From positions 99,775-163,774 of the forward strand of contig NZ_JBDVFA010000098.1 of the NCBI RefSeq assembly GCF_039941195.1: a DNA stretch of 64,000 bases, in the 5' to 3' direction. The notes under the pieces were generated by a model. It worked only from the letters and a program-made list of their open reading frames with translations. It was not told the origin of the DNA and ran no database searches. Shown here one piece after another: positions 1 through 10,123 of this stretch. Positions within the stretch are counted from its first letter, which is position 1. The number at the start of each line of letters is the position of its first letter. The DNA is from Aurantibacter sp. (GTDB lineage: Bacteria > Bacteroidota > Bacteroidia > Flavobacteriales > Flavobacteriaceae). The translations under genes were made by a program, and so were the position numbers.

Positions 1-1600
1 TGAAGACACATTGGTAGACATTAAATTTAGTGGTATTTCTTGGAAAGGAAACGAAGGGTTTTACTATTCCAGTTATGATAAACCTGAAGGCAGTGAGCTT
101 TCTGCAAAAACCGATCAACATAAAGTATATTATCATAAATTAGGTACCTCTCAAAATAATGATGAACTAATCTTTGGAGGTTCAAGTGAGGAAAAACATC
201 GATATGTAGGGGCATATCTTACTGAAGATGAACGATACTTGCTTATTTCAGCATCTGTGTCTACAACAGGAAATAAATTATTTATCAAAGATTTAAATGA
301 CCAAAAAAGTAGTTTAGAAACTATTATAAATACGACAGAAACGGATACCTATGTAATTGAAAATGTAGGTTCAAAACTATATTTAGTCACTAATAAAGAC
401 GCCCCCAATAAAAAAATAGTAACCGTTGACGCTTCGAATCCAAGCCCTAACAATTGGGTTGATTTTATTCCAGAAACTGAGCATGTTCTATCACCAAATA
501 CTGGAGGCGGTTATTTTTTTACGGAATATATGGTTGATGCAATTTCAAAAGTTTTTCAATTCGATTATCAAGGAAATTTAATTCGAGAAGTTAAATTACC
601 TGGACTAGGAACTGCCGGAGGATTTGGAGGGAAAAAGATAGATAAAGAGTTCTATTTTTCGTTTACAAATTACAGCACACCGGCATCTTCTTATAAATAC
701 AATATTGAAAATGGCACGTATTCTCAATATTGGAAACCTGAAATAGATTTCAACTCCGATGATTATGAATCGAAACAAGTTTTTTACAAATCAAAGGATG
801 GCACTAAAATACCAATGATAATAACTCATAAAAAAGGTATTGCGCTGAATGGACGAAATCCAACCATTTTATATGGATACGGAGGATTCAACATAAGCCT
901 TACTCCGTCTTTTAGTATTACAAATATTATTTGGATGGAGCAAGGTGGTATCTACGCGGTGCCTAATTTGCGTGGTGGCGGTGAATATGGGCAAAAATGG
1001 CATAATGCAGGAATCAAAACTAAAAAGCAAAATGTATTTGATGATTTCATTGCTGCTGCTGAATTTTTAATTACAGAAAACTATACCTCATCCCTTTATT
1101 TAGCAATAAGAGGTGGAAGCAATGGCGGTCTTTTAGTTGGTGCAACAATGACCCAAAGACCAAATTTAATGCAAGTAGCATTACCAGCAGTCGGAGTTTT
1201 AGATATGTTACGATATCATATTTTTACAGCTGGAGCTGGATGGGCATATGATTATGGAACAGCTGATGACAGTGAAGAAATGTTTAATTATTTAAAAGGT
1301 TATTCCCCTTTGCATAATGTAAAATCAGGGACTGCTTACCCGGCTACATTAATAACCACTGGTGATCATGATGATCGCGTAGTACCTGCACATAGTTTTA
1401 AGTTCGCAGCAGAATTACAAGAAAAACAAACAGGAAAAAATCCTGCCTTAATCCGTATTGAAACGAATGCCGGACATGGAGCTGGCACCCCTATTAGTAA
1501 GACCATAGCGCAATATGCAGATATATTCGCCTTTACCCTATACAATATGAACTTTAAAGAACTACCCAATACAACCATTTTGAATACCACTAAAGAATAA
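1..1600 (+). CDS. Prolyl oligopeptidase (peptidase S9A), 5'-truncated by the window edge
   Basis: Frame open from position 2 (GAA GAC ACA TTG...). Catalytic-triad motifs GGSNGGLL (Ser), DHDDRVVP (Asp) and AGHGAG (His); LYGYGGF and NLRGGGEYG are typical of S9A. Confidence 0.95.
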   Translation, partial: EDTLVDIKFSGISWKGNEGFYYSSYDKPEGSELSAKTDQHKVYYHKLGTSQNNDELIFGGSSEEKHRYVGAYLTEDERYLLISASVSTTGNKLFIKDLNDQKSSLETIINTTETDTYVIENVGSKLYLVTNKDAPNKKIVTVDASNPSPNNWVDFIPETEHVLSPNTGGGYFFTEYMVDAISKVFQFDYQGNLIREVKLPGLGTAGGFGGKKIDKEFYFSFTNYSTPASSYKYNIENGTYSQYWKPEIDFNSDDYESKQVFYKSKDGTKIPMIITHKKGIALNGRNPTILYGYGGFNISLTPSFSITNIIWMEQGGIYAVPNLRGGGEYGQKWHNAGIKTKKQNVFDDFIAAAEFLITENYTSSLYLAIRGGSNGGLLVGATMTQRPNLMQVALPAVGVLDMLRYHIFTAGAGWAYDYGTADDSEEMFNYLKGYSPLHNVKSGTAYPATLITTGDHDDRVVPAHSFKFAAELQEKQTGKNPALIRIETNAGHGAGTPISKTIAQYADIFAFTLYNMNFKELPNTTILNTTKE

Positions 1601-1717
1601 TTCAAATAAACAACCGTTCTTATAATGAATGGCTTTTTACTCCCCGTACCCTTATAATATTTGGCCAATACACATTTTTCTATTAAGATAAACTCCATTT
1701 AAAAACTGTACCTCAAA

Positions 1718-2692
1718 ATGCTACAAGTAGATCATGTTTCTTTTTCTTATGATGAGCTTTCAGTACTGAATGATATTAACCTTAAAATTGCTAAAGGCGA
1801 ACACGTTTCTATTATTGGACAGAGTGGTTGTGGTAAGAGCACACTTTTAAAAATTATTTATGGATTATTACATATAGATCAGGGTGAAGTTTATTGGGAA
1901 GATACTCCAGTATTAGGCCCTTTATATAATTTAGTGCCTGGAGAGCCCTATATGAAGTACTTATCGCAGGACTTCGATTTAATGCCATACACCACAGTAG
2001 CAGAAAATATTAGTGAATATCTTTCAGTATTTGAGCCTGAAGAAATGGCAAGAAAAACATCTGAATTACTTGAAATGATAGAGCTGACAGAATTTGCCAA
2101 AACAAAGGTAAAATTCTTAAGTGGTGGTCAACAACAACGAGTTGCTTTAGCAAAAGTTTTAGCACAAGAACCCTTAGTTTTATTACTAGACGAGCCTTTT
2201 AGTCATATCGATAATTTTCGAAAAAACAGTCTACGTAGAAACCTATTTGCATATCTAAAAAAGCAAGAAATTACAGTAATTACTGCCACTCATGATCATA
2301 ATGATATGTTACCTTTTGCAGATCGTGTGGTAGTATTAAAAGATCAAAAAATAATAGCAAAAGACTCGCCTATAAATTTATATCAACACCCTAAAGACCT
2401 ATATATTGCTTCATTGTTTGGTGAGGCCAATAAAATTCCAGTTAATATTGTAAAAACTTATGCTGATACTAAACGCCGGATAATTGTGTATGCTCATGAA
2501 TTTAAAGTATCAGATAAATCTGGTTTAGAGGTAATAGTTACTAATTCGTATTTTAAAGGAGGTCATTATTTAATTGAAGGAGTTTATGAAGGTCAGAAAT
2601 TGTATTTTAATCATCCTAAACCAATTGATATTGGCAAGGAAATTTTCTTAAATATTTCAATTGACACCATCAACCAACGGCTTGAAAAATAA
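1718..2692 (+). CDS. ABC transporter ATP-binding protein (Fe3+/polyamine-type ATPase, no permease adjacent)
   Basis: Walker A GQSGCGKST, signature LSGGQQQR, Walker B LLLDEPF, H-loop THD. Confidence 0.9.
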   Translation: MLQVDHVSFSYDELSVLNDINLKIAKGEHVSIIGQSGCGKSTLLKIIYGLLHIDQGEVYWEDTPVLGPLYNLVPGEPYMKYLSQDFDLMPYTTVAENISEYLSVFEPEEMARKTSELLEMIELTEFAKTKVKFLSGGQQQRVALAKVLAQEPLVLLLDEPFSHIDNFRKNSLRRNLFAYLKKQEITVITATHDHNDMLPFADRVVVLKDQKIIAKDSPINLYQHPKDLYIASLFGEANKIPVNIVKTYADTKRRIIVYAHEFKVSDKSGLEVIVTNSYFKGGHYLIEGVYEGQKLYFNHPKPIDIGKEIFLNISIDTINQRLEK

Positions 2693-2694
2693 AT

Positions 2695-3099
2695 ATGAAC
2701 CACACACTAATTGTTCAAGAATTAAAATTTAAAGCAGTTCGAAGTAGTGGTGCTGGTGGTCAACATGTAAACAAAGTCTCTACAAAAGTTGAATTAACTT
2801 TTGATCTCATTAATTCTCTTACACTTTCAGATATAGAAAAGGATAGAATTTCAAACAAATTATCCTCAAAATTAACAAAAGAAGGTCTAATTCTACTTCA
2901 AGAAGATAAAACTCGAAGTCAGCATAAAAATAAGGAGTTAGTAATAAAGAAATTTCTCGAACTCATAGAGAACGTATTGAAAGTTCCTAAAAAAAGAAAA
3001 AAGAGTAGACCAACGAAGGCATCAATCGAAAAACGTTTAAAATCGAAACGAATTTCTTCACAGAAGAAAGCGAATAGAGGCAAGCTGGGATTGGAATAA
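2695..3099 (+). CDS. arfB: Alternative ribosome-rescue peptidyl-tRNA hydrolase ArfB (YaeJ)
   Basis: RSSGAGGQHVNKV with the GGQ motif, RSQHKN, and a basic C-terminal tail (KKRKKSRPTKASIEKRLKSKR). Confidence 0.93.
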   Translation: MNHTLIVQELKFKAVRSSGAGGQHVNKVSTKVELTFDLINSLTLSDIEKDRISNKLSSKLTKEGLILLQEDKTRSQHKNKELVIKKFLELIENVLKVPKKRKKSRPTKASIEKRLKSKRISSQKKANRGKLGLE

Positions 3100-3102
3100 A
3101 AA

Positions 3103-3129
3103 AACCGGCATCAATTAATGATGCCGGTT
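3103..3129. terminator. Bidirectional intrinsic terminator between convergent arfB and susD-like genes
   Basis: Perfect 11-bp inverted repeat AACCGGCATCA-attaa-TGATGCCGGTT. The upstream A-run gives a U tail on the minus strand. Confidence 0.8.
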
Positions 3130-3154
3130 ATGAATAAACTGAATAATTTTTCTA

Positions 3155-4921
3155 CTAATAACCTTGATTCTGTGTTAAGAATCCATCGATACCAGACGCC
3201 CCGTCAACTGCACTTTGTGGAATTGGGAACAATCTATGGTTCACATCAGAATCCGTTTTTTCTGTCCAACTATCCTCGTACTTTCCAAAACGAATTTGAT
3301 CGGTTCTTCTAAAACCCTCCCAATACAATTCAAAGCCTCTTTCTCTAAATAAGATATCTAAATCCACTGTTGAAAGTGCCCCTGGTGTTTGATCAGGTCT
3401 GGCCGTTCTTGATATTCTAACCATATTTACATCAGTTAAGGCACTAGCATTGTCACCTTTTCTTAGTTTGGCTTCTGCACGCATCAGATATATTTCAGCC
3501 AAGCGCATCATTACTAAATCAACGCTACTATAACCATTTCCATTAGGAGATGTGCGACTATACTGGTATTTTGAAAAGCGATACCCAGCATGGTGCAAAG
3601 ACCCTACATTGGTAAAATCAACTTGAAAGGTGTGATCAACATATCCGGTATCTCTGTCAGGTCCGTTGCCTTTGGTTTGTTGTAGCGGGTAGATTCGTAT
3701 TGATCCATCATCACATTTTTCAAGATCACCATCACCTCTACGTGGCCCCCATTGAATACCGCGTAGAATACCACGATCCATTTCAAATTCTTCTGCTACC
3801 ACACAATAGTAACTGTTTTCTGTTTCCGTCGCCAACAAAGGTTCCCGATTTTCCAAGTCTGAAAGTTGTACTTCTGGAACCAGAGTATTTCTTTGATAGA
3901 AACGTGCATCAGCTTCTGCAGGGTCTACATCATCATAAGCATCTACCCAGCTTAGATAAAAGTCGGGTGATACAGCAGGGCCATCGGTACCATCTGCAGT
4001 ATTGTCTGGATAAAATTCCGGTCTAGCAATCATTGCTCCTGCAATGGACCAATATGCCCACCGACTATGTTCTCTATTAAGAACCCCTCTTTGGTCTAAG
4101 GCAAAAATAAGTTCAGCATTTGTGTTGTTATCATCATTAAAAAGTTCAAAATATTCTGGAGATAGGTCATAACTGCCCGAATTTATTATTTGATCGGTAT
4201 AAGCTATAACCTTATCCATATCCTCATCCATAAAATTGGGGGTACCATAAGGGTCTCTATATATTGCAGCATTAAGGTATAACCTTGCTAAAAAACCTTT
4301 TACGGCATCTTGGGTAATACGTCCAGGACCTTTGTCATTATTAATTAGATCAACGACAGATAACAATTCACTTTCAATATAAGCAATTGCCTCATCCGTT
4401 CTAAGTACTTCTGAAAGCGCATCTGACGATTCCTTCTTAAAGACCACACCCCAACTATCAAGCATCAACATGTTTAAATAAGCCCTAAGTGCCTTCATTT
4501 CATACAATGCCCCCGAAGCTTCCACATTACCTTCTTCAGAAAGCGGAGTCAGTACTTCAATAGCTGAAAGGGTTCTTGAAATATTAATAGCCACTTGGTT
4601 CCATCCAGAACTAATCAAATCATTACTGGGCGTAAAATTGTGTTGATGTGCAGCTATGTACTTGCCTCCATCAAACCAGTCTGTTCCTCCTCTATAAGGA
4701 AGTATGGCCTCATCCGAGGAAACCTCTTGAAGACCAAAGTAATTAGTATGCCTCCAAGTCCATGATAGATAACCGTAGGCAGGGGCAATGGCTCCGTTTA
4801 TGGCATCTGCTTCTGCACCAAATTCAGTTTCATCAATTCGCTCTTCTATTAAATCGGTACAGCTTAGACCCAATAGCCCGAACAGTACCATATAAACTCC
4901 TATTTTAATTCTATTTTTCAT
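3155..4921 (-). CDS. SusD/RagB family outer-membrane lipoprotein
   Basis: Lipobox LGLSC; C-terminal RLAEIYLMRAEA, ERGFELYWEGFRRTDQIRFG and LFPIP motifs; directly downstream of a SusC. Confidence 0.93.
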   Translation of the reverse strand: MKNRIKIGVYMVLFGLLGLSCTDLIEERIDETEFGAEADAINGAIAPAYGYLSWTWRHTNYFGLQEVSSDEAILPYRGGTDWFDGGKYIAAHQHNFTPSNDLISSGWNQVAINISRTLSAIEVLTPLSEEGNVEASGALYEMKALRAYLNMLMLDSWGVVFKKESSDALSEVLRTDEAIAYIESELLSVVDLINNDKGPGRITQDAVKGFLARLYLNAAIYRDPYGTPNFMDEDMDKVIAYTDQIINSGSYDLSPEYFELFNDDNNTNAELIFALDQRGVLNREHSRWAYWSIAGAMIARPEFYPDNTADGTDGPAVSPDFYLSWVDAYDDVDPAEADARFYQRNTLVPEVQLSDLENREPLLATETENSYYCVVAEEFEMDRGILRGIQWGPRRGDGDLEKCDDGSIRIYPLQQTKGNGPDRDTGYVDHTFQVDFTNVGSLHHAGYRFSKYQYSRTSPNGNGYSSVDLVMMRLAEIYLMRAEAKLRKGDNASALTDVNMVRISRTARPDQTPGALSTVDLDILFRERGFELYWEGFRRTDQIRFGKYEDSWTEKTDSDVNHRLFPIPQSAVDGASGIDGFLTQNQGY

Positions 4922-4939
4922 CTTTTAAACAATTATAAG

Positions 4940-7930
4940 TTAGAATGATACATTTAGGCCAAACATGAATGTTCTGGCAGTGGGATACCTGTACCTATCA
5001 ATTCCAAAGGTTTGTATTTGGTCTATTTGACTCCCCGTATTTACTTCAGGATCGTAACCTGAATAATCGGTAATGGTGAAAAGATTCTGTCCTGTAATGT
5101 TAAAACGTATATTGTTAACCCATTCATCAAGGCCAATTATAGACGGATCAAGTGAATAACCCAAACTTGCATTGTTAAGTCTTAGAAAACTACCATCTTC
5201 TAAATAACGTGTAGATACATCATTAGAGTTAGTAGTGCTTTCGTTAGGATATGCAACAGCAAAATCTGTAGTATTTAAGTTATTAACCAATTGTCCTTTG
5301 TTAAATTGAGACATAGCTGTATGGTTAAATATTTTGTTGCCTGATACTCCATTAAAATTCAAACCTAAATCCAATTTTTTATAATTGAAATTCATATAGA
5401 AAGCATAAAGCACATTTGGAAGCGCGCTACCTGGTACAATACGGTCATTATCTAAGGACACCCCGTCAGCTACAACATCACTAAATTGGTTCAAGCCATC
5501 TTCGCCTATTCCAATAAAATCTTTCATGTAAAAGGCACCAATAGCCTCATTGTTGATGTAACCATTAATAGTAGCACCTGTTTGTCCGGCACCTTGTGCA
5601 GCCCCCGAGGTAATTACTGAATATATAGACCCTTCTACTACGTTATCTATAAAAGAAACATTACCACCTAGATTATAGGTAAAATCTTCACCAATATTAC
5701 CCCTGTAATCCAACGCAACTTCATAACCCTTATTCTTCACCTCCATATCTGGAAAATTGGTCCAGTACTTTTCTGTGGGGTTAATCGGATCCGGAGTTGT
5801 AGCAAATAAAATTACATCATTAGTGACTTTGTTGAAATAATCTAGTGTTCCTGTTAGACTGCCATTAAAAAAGGCAAAATCTAGTCCTACGTTGGCCTGT
5901 GTTACCACTTCCCACTTTAGGTCCGGATTAGCCGTTCGAACAGCAATGGTGCCATAAGGGTAATCATCTAAAGAAGATTCTGTACCGTCCAAAGGATAGG
6001 TGTCGTTATCACTTTTAGAATCATTATAACTGGCATAACTAGCTTTACTAGCAATCCCGTTCTGGTTTCCAGTTTGCCCCCAAGAGGCACGTAATTTAAG
6101 GTTGCTAATTAAGTCACTATCAGCCAAAAAATCTTCTTTGTAAATGTTCCATCCCAAAGCAACAGATGGAAAATAACCGTATTTATTATTGGAACCAAAT
6201 CTAGAAGAACCATCAGCACGTAAGGTTCCTGTTACCAAATATTTGTCCGCATAAGAATAGTTTAACCTTCCAAAATAAGACTGTAGTTCATCTGTAGTGG
6301 CAGTAGATGCTATTGTTGTAGCCGTAACATCTGTACTGGATTGGTCTTGGTAACGAGGTTCTATTCCGTTATTTGCAAAACCGCCTTGAAAATCAATATC
6401 CTTTCTTTCAAATTTTGTTTCTTGGTACGAATGCCCAGCTAAAAGAGTAATGCTATGCTTATCGAAATCCAATTTATAATTTAGCGTATTTTCAATTAAG
6501 TAGTTACTATTCTCTGTAGAAATGGTATTTAAAGTGCCCATGAACAGCCCTTCACCTAAGGTATAGGGCATATTTTGAATATCTCGATTAGTCATTGAAT
6601 AATCCACTCCCAGATTCACCTTATAGGTTAACCCTTTTACAATTTCTACGGAAGGAGTAATATTTGCTAAAATACGATTGCTACTAGCTTCGTCTAAGTA
6701 AATCTCATTTCGTTGTAACGGGTTTAGGATTAATCCACTAGCTCCCTCCAATACAGCAATATTACCATTGCTATCATACGCCGAAGAAGTAGGATTCAAT
6801 TGGAGCATACTCACAATTGTTGATCCAATATCGGGTCTTTCATTTATAGTTTTTGAAGCAGTCAAATTAAAGTCAACATCCAACTTCCCATCAAAGGCTT
6901 TTTGGTTCAACTTAACACGACCAGAATATCTTTTCAGGTCACTATTATAGAAAATACCTTGTTGGTCTGATACACCTCCAGAAAGAAAATAAGAAAACTT
7001 TTCACTGACACCACCACTCATGGACAAATTAACATTCTTGGTAATTCCGGTACGGGTAAGCGTATCTTGCCAATCTGTGTTGCCACCTTGATCGTCTAAG
7101 GTTCCTCCTGCTGCAGGTACCTGTTGTCTAAACTCATCGGCGCTAAATACATCCATCTTTTTAGCGATGGAAGACATAGCTGTAGAGACAGACAGTTCCA
7201 TTTCTGCCTTACCAGCCTTTCCTTTTTTAGTGGTAATCATAATTACCCCGTTTGCTGCTCGAGCACCATAAATGGCGGTAGCCGATGCATCCTTTAACAC
7301 GTCCATCGATGCGATATCTTGAGGGTTAATAAAATTCAAAGGACTTGTCCCCATACCAATATCATTACTACTGATAACAAAACCGTCAATCACATAAAGT
7401 GGTGCCGTACCTGATCTAAGGCTCCCTACCCCTCTAATAATAACGTTCTGTGATGCTCCTGGCTCCCCACTCACATTGGTAATATTTACTCCAGAAACTT
7501 TTCCTTGTAGTAATTGCCCTGGGTTGGTAACTACCCCTTGATTAAAATCTTCGCTCTTTACCGATGCAATAGATCCTGTAACATCTGATTTTTTCTGAGT
7601 TCCATAACCTATAACCACCACATCTTCTAACTGTGTTGCATCTTCTTTAAGTTGTACAATTACTGAGTTTTGCCCATTAAGTGGTACATCCATTGTAGTA
7701 TAACCTATATAAGAAAGTTCTAAAACGGCATTTAGCTCGGCAACATCTATTGTAAAATTTCCATCAAAATCTGTTGTCGTTCCATTGGAGGTTCCCTTTT
7801 CTATAACACTCGCACCAGGTAGTGGAGAACCAAATTCGTCGGTAACGTTACCGTTCACAGTTTGTTGAGCCCACGCATTTGAAGCGCAACAAAACAAACT
7901 AATAATCATTAATAATTTGAGTTTTTTCAT
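4940..7930 (-). CDS. SusC/RagA family TonB-dependent transporter
   Basis: Carboxypeptidase-like N-domain (LPGASVIEKGTSNGTTTDFDGNF), plug motif DVLKDASATAIYGARAANGVIMITTKKG, LRADGSSRFG, C-terminal YPTARTFMFGLNVSF. Confidence 0.96.
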   Translation of the reverse strand: MKKLKLLMIISLFCCASNAWAQQTVNGNVTDEFGSPLPGASVIEKGTSNGTTTDFDGNFTIDVAELNAVLELSYIGYTTMDVPLNGQNSVIVQLKEDATQLEDVVVIGYGTQKKSDVTGSIASVKSEDFNQGVVTNPGQLLQGKVSGVNITNVSGEPGASQNVIIRGVGSLRSGTAPLYVIDGFVISSNDIGMGTSPLNFINPQDIASMDVLKDASATAIYGARAANGVIMITTKKGKAGKAEMELSVSTAMSSIAKKMDVFSADEFRQQVPAAGGTLDDQGGNTDWQDTLTRTGITKNVNLSMSGGVSEKFSYFLSGGVSDQQGIFYNSDLKRYSGRVKLNQKAFDGKLDVDFNLTASKTINERPDIGSTIVSMLQLNPTSSAYDSNGNIAVLEGASGLILNPLQRNEIYLDEASSNRILANITPSVEIVKGLTYKVNLGVDYSMTNRDIQNMPYTLGEGLFMGTLNTISTENSNYLIENTLNYKLDFDKHSITLLAGHSYQETKFERKDIDFQGGFANNGIEPRYQDQSSTDVTATTIASTATTDELQSYFGRLNYSYADKYLVTGTLRADGSSRFGSNNKYGYFPSVALGWNIYKEDFLADSDLISNLKLRASWGQTGNQNGIASKASYASYNDSKSDNDTYPLDGTESSLDDYPYGTIAVRTANPDLKWEVVTQANVGLDFAFFNGSLTGTLDYFNKVTNDVILFATTPDPINPTEKYWTNFPDMEVKNKGYEVALDYRGNIGEDFTYNLGGNVSFIDNVVEGSIYSVITSGAAQGAGQTGATINGYINNEAIGAFYMKDFIGIGEDGLNQFSDVVADGVSLDNDRIVPGSALPNVLYAFYMNFNYKKLDLGLNFNGVSGNKIFNHTAMSQFNKGQLVNNLNTTDFAVAYPNESTTNSNDVSTRYLEDGSFLRLNNASLGYSLDPSIIGLDEWVNNIRFNITGQNLFTITDYSGYDPEVNTGSQIDQIQTFGIDRYRYPTARTFMFGLNVSF

Positions 7931-8040
7931 TTAGTTTAGATTAGTTAATTAAGTTAAAATTTTGAGCACTACATCGTTTGAAATAGCACCTATGAATTTA
8001 CAAGTTGTTTTTTATTAAAACAAAAGCATTTTTGAAGCCG

Positions 8041-8048
8041 CAAAAATA
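8041..8048 (-). promoter_or_regulatory. Possible Bacteroidota sigma-ABfr -7 element upstream of susC
   Basis: Minus strand TATTTTTG matches TAnnTTTG, about 110 nt upstream of the susC start. No well-spaced -33 TTG seen. Confidence 0.3.
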
Positions 8049-8187
8049 ATAGGGAATAATGGCGCGTCTATTACCCAAATCTTACGATTGGATTAATAAA
8101 TATTTACCAAATTTCTACAATGTTAACTAAATGTTATATTCAATACCTTGTATAAACTAGTATGATATTTTTAGTTCAGATTGGTTG

Positions 8188-9948
8188 TTAAGGTTGTATT
8201 TCTAACACCTGCAATATTTTTAAAAAGACCTCATTATTCTCGTAAACCCCTTGAAATTCAGTAGATTTGGGGCCATACGCAAAAATAGGCACCATTACAC
8301 CTGTATGGTCATGAGTGCTAAAAGCAGATTCAATTTCATGATTTTTTATATTTCCCTGAGGAATTGTAAGTCCACCTGTTTCGTGGTCAGCAGTAATAAT
8401 CACTAAAGTTTTTGGGTTTTGATCCGCAAATTTCAACGCTTCTGCAACGGCTTTATCAAATTGAATACTTTCATTAATAACTCCGCTAATATCATTTTCA
8501 TGACCGTATGAATCAATTTTAGCACCTTCAACCATTAAAAAAAATGGCTTTCCCTTTTTGTTCAAATAGTGCATTGCATTCTTTGCCGCTATTGCAAGTT
8601 CTGCGTTATCTTTCATTAGATAACCCACCTTTTCTTTTTTACTATTTCCTAAACTTTTTAATGAAGTAAGCATCTCAAAAGACGTTACTTTATTATTTAT
8701 ATTTTCCTTCCACAATCCATTACTAATAAAAAGCGACAATTTACTTTTTACAAGATCAGCTGCAATCTCTTTAGACATATCACGATCTAGCTGATGTGCA
8801 TAAAAAGAAGAAGGGGTAGCGCCAACTACTTCGTCAGTAGTAACAACCCCTGAAACAAATTTTTTACGAGAAAGAAATTCTGTTAAATTCTCGATAGGAT
8901 TACCACTAGCATCAACTCCAATTGCTCTATTTGGCACTTTCTCACCCGTTGCCAAAGCCGTACCTGCAGCAGCAGAATCTGTAGTAAAATCATCTGAAGA
9001 CTGTGTTTTTAAGAATCCAATACTCTTTAATTGTGTAAGCGATAATTGACCATTGTTAGCTAATGCAGTTGCAGATATTTGTGTAATTCCGTTACCATCA
9101 CCAATTAATAAAATTACACTTTCAACTTCATCATCTTTTTGATCTGAAACAAAACTGGGTGAATACACCTCTGAAAATTGCGCATTTTGAACAACACTTT
9201 TATCCAAATTTTGAACATAAGAAACACAGTTAAAAGGCATATCAGTATTAATAAAATCAACTCCTAAATTTACCATAACCTTCCATGAGGTTTTAGAATC
9301 TGGCGTTGCCCAAAAGCGAAATGGTTTTCCAAGAGCATGAGCCTTAGCTACAGCGTTAGAAACTTTGGTAAAATCTTCGTCTGTCAACCTACCTTTACCG
9401 TTCCAAAAGGAGAATTTTTTAAAGCTTAAACTTACAAGTGCAATCTTATTTAATATGGATGCATCGCCAATTGCCTCTAAACTTTGATAATCAAAATAGA
9501 TATAATCTGGATAATTTATATAATCTTCAACTTTTGGTCGATTACCTGAAATTACAATAGATAGATTTTTATTTTCTATCAAAGTAGGATACATTTTTAA
9601 AGCAGAAATAATGGCCTCTAAAGTTGCATAAGCCTCTGATTTAATATCCAAAAGCAATTGAAAAGGCTGATCACCAATATTTGTGGTTTTTAGGCCCTTT
9701 GCCAAAGGGTTTAAATAAAGCTCTTCAAGGCTTTTACTTTCACTAATTTCATTTTTTTCATGTGCAACAAGTAATTTATTAGCTGCCAAAAAAACATCAG
9801 CTTCAACAGACGTAGCTCCAGCAGAAACAGCCTTCCAAAAAGGAATGCTCTGAAAATAATCGTTATGTGAATGAACCCTAAAATCACTTGGTTGCTGTGC
9901 AAACAAAATAGTTGTAGTAAAAAATAAAAGGAATATAATTTTTTTCAT
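8188..9948 (-). CDS. Secreted fusion: N-terminal PLC/GDPD-like TIM-barrel phosphodiesterase + C-terminal alkaline phosphatase
   Basis: Signal peptide (ILFA/QQ). N-domain HSHNDY...SVEADV...LLVAHE...LLLDIK, FRFWATPD, FINTD. C-domain ILLIGDGNG, TDSAAAGTA (Ser nucleophile), FFLMVEGAKIDSYGH, TADHETGG, HTG. Confidence 0.88.
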   Translation of the reverse strand: MKKIIFLLFFTTTILFAQQPSDFRVHSHNDYFQSIPFWKAVSAGATSVEADVFLAANKLLVAHEKNEISESKSLEELYLNPLAKGLKTTNIGDQPFQLLLDIKSEAYATLEAIISALKMYPTLIENKNLSIVISGNRPKVEDYINYPDYIYFDYQSLEAIGDASILNKIALVSLSFKKFSFWNGKGRLTDEDFTKVSNAVAKAHALGKPFRFWATPDSKTSWKVMVNLGVDFINTDMPFNCVSYVQNLDKSVVQNAQFSEVYSPSFVSDQKDDEVESVILLIGDGNGITQISATALANNGQLSLTQLKSIGFLKTQSSDDFTTDSAAAGTALATGEKVPNRAIGVDASGNPIENLTEFLSRKKFVSGVVTTDEVVGATPSSFYAHQLDRDMSKEIAADLVKSKLSLFISNGLWKENINNKVTSFEMLTSLKSLGNSKKEKVGYLMKDNAELAIAAKNAMHYLNKKGKPFFLMVEGAKIDSYGHENDISGVINESIQFDKAVAEALKFADQNPKTLVIITADHETGGLTIPQGNIKNHEIESAFSTHDHTGVMVPIFAYGPKSTEFQGVYENNEVFLKILQVLEIQP

Positions 9949-9976
9949 GGTAGTAATTTATTCATTTTATAAAACA

Positions 9977-10003
9977 AAACCGGCGTTAGCCAAACACCGG
10001 TTT
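9977..10003 (-). terminator. Intrinsic terminator-like hairpin between the AlkP-family gene and the PDE-AP fusion
   Basis: Minus strand AAACCGGTGTT-tggct-AACGCCGGTTT (one G-U pair) followed by TGTTTT. Confidence 0.6.
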
Positions 10004-10123
10004 AATAAAATAACTCAAACTATTCTTAATCAAATAATATTTTACAAAATTCGCTCTAAATAGAGTTTCAATTGTTAAATAAAGGTGACCATTCTATTAA
10101 GATTAAATTAGGTACACAAACAA

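Noticed and set aside
1718-2692. Orphan ABC ATPase with no permease or binding protein
   Set aside because: Stand-alone ATPases next to arfB are, to my knowledge, ordinary in Flavobacteriaceae; nothing in the sequence marks this one as special.
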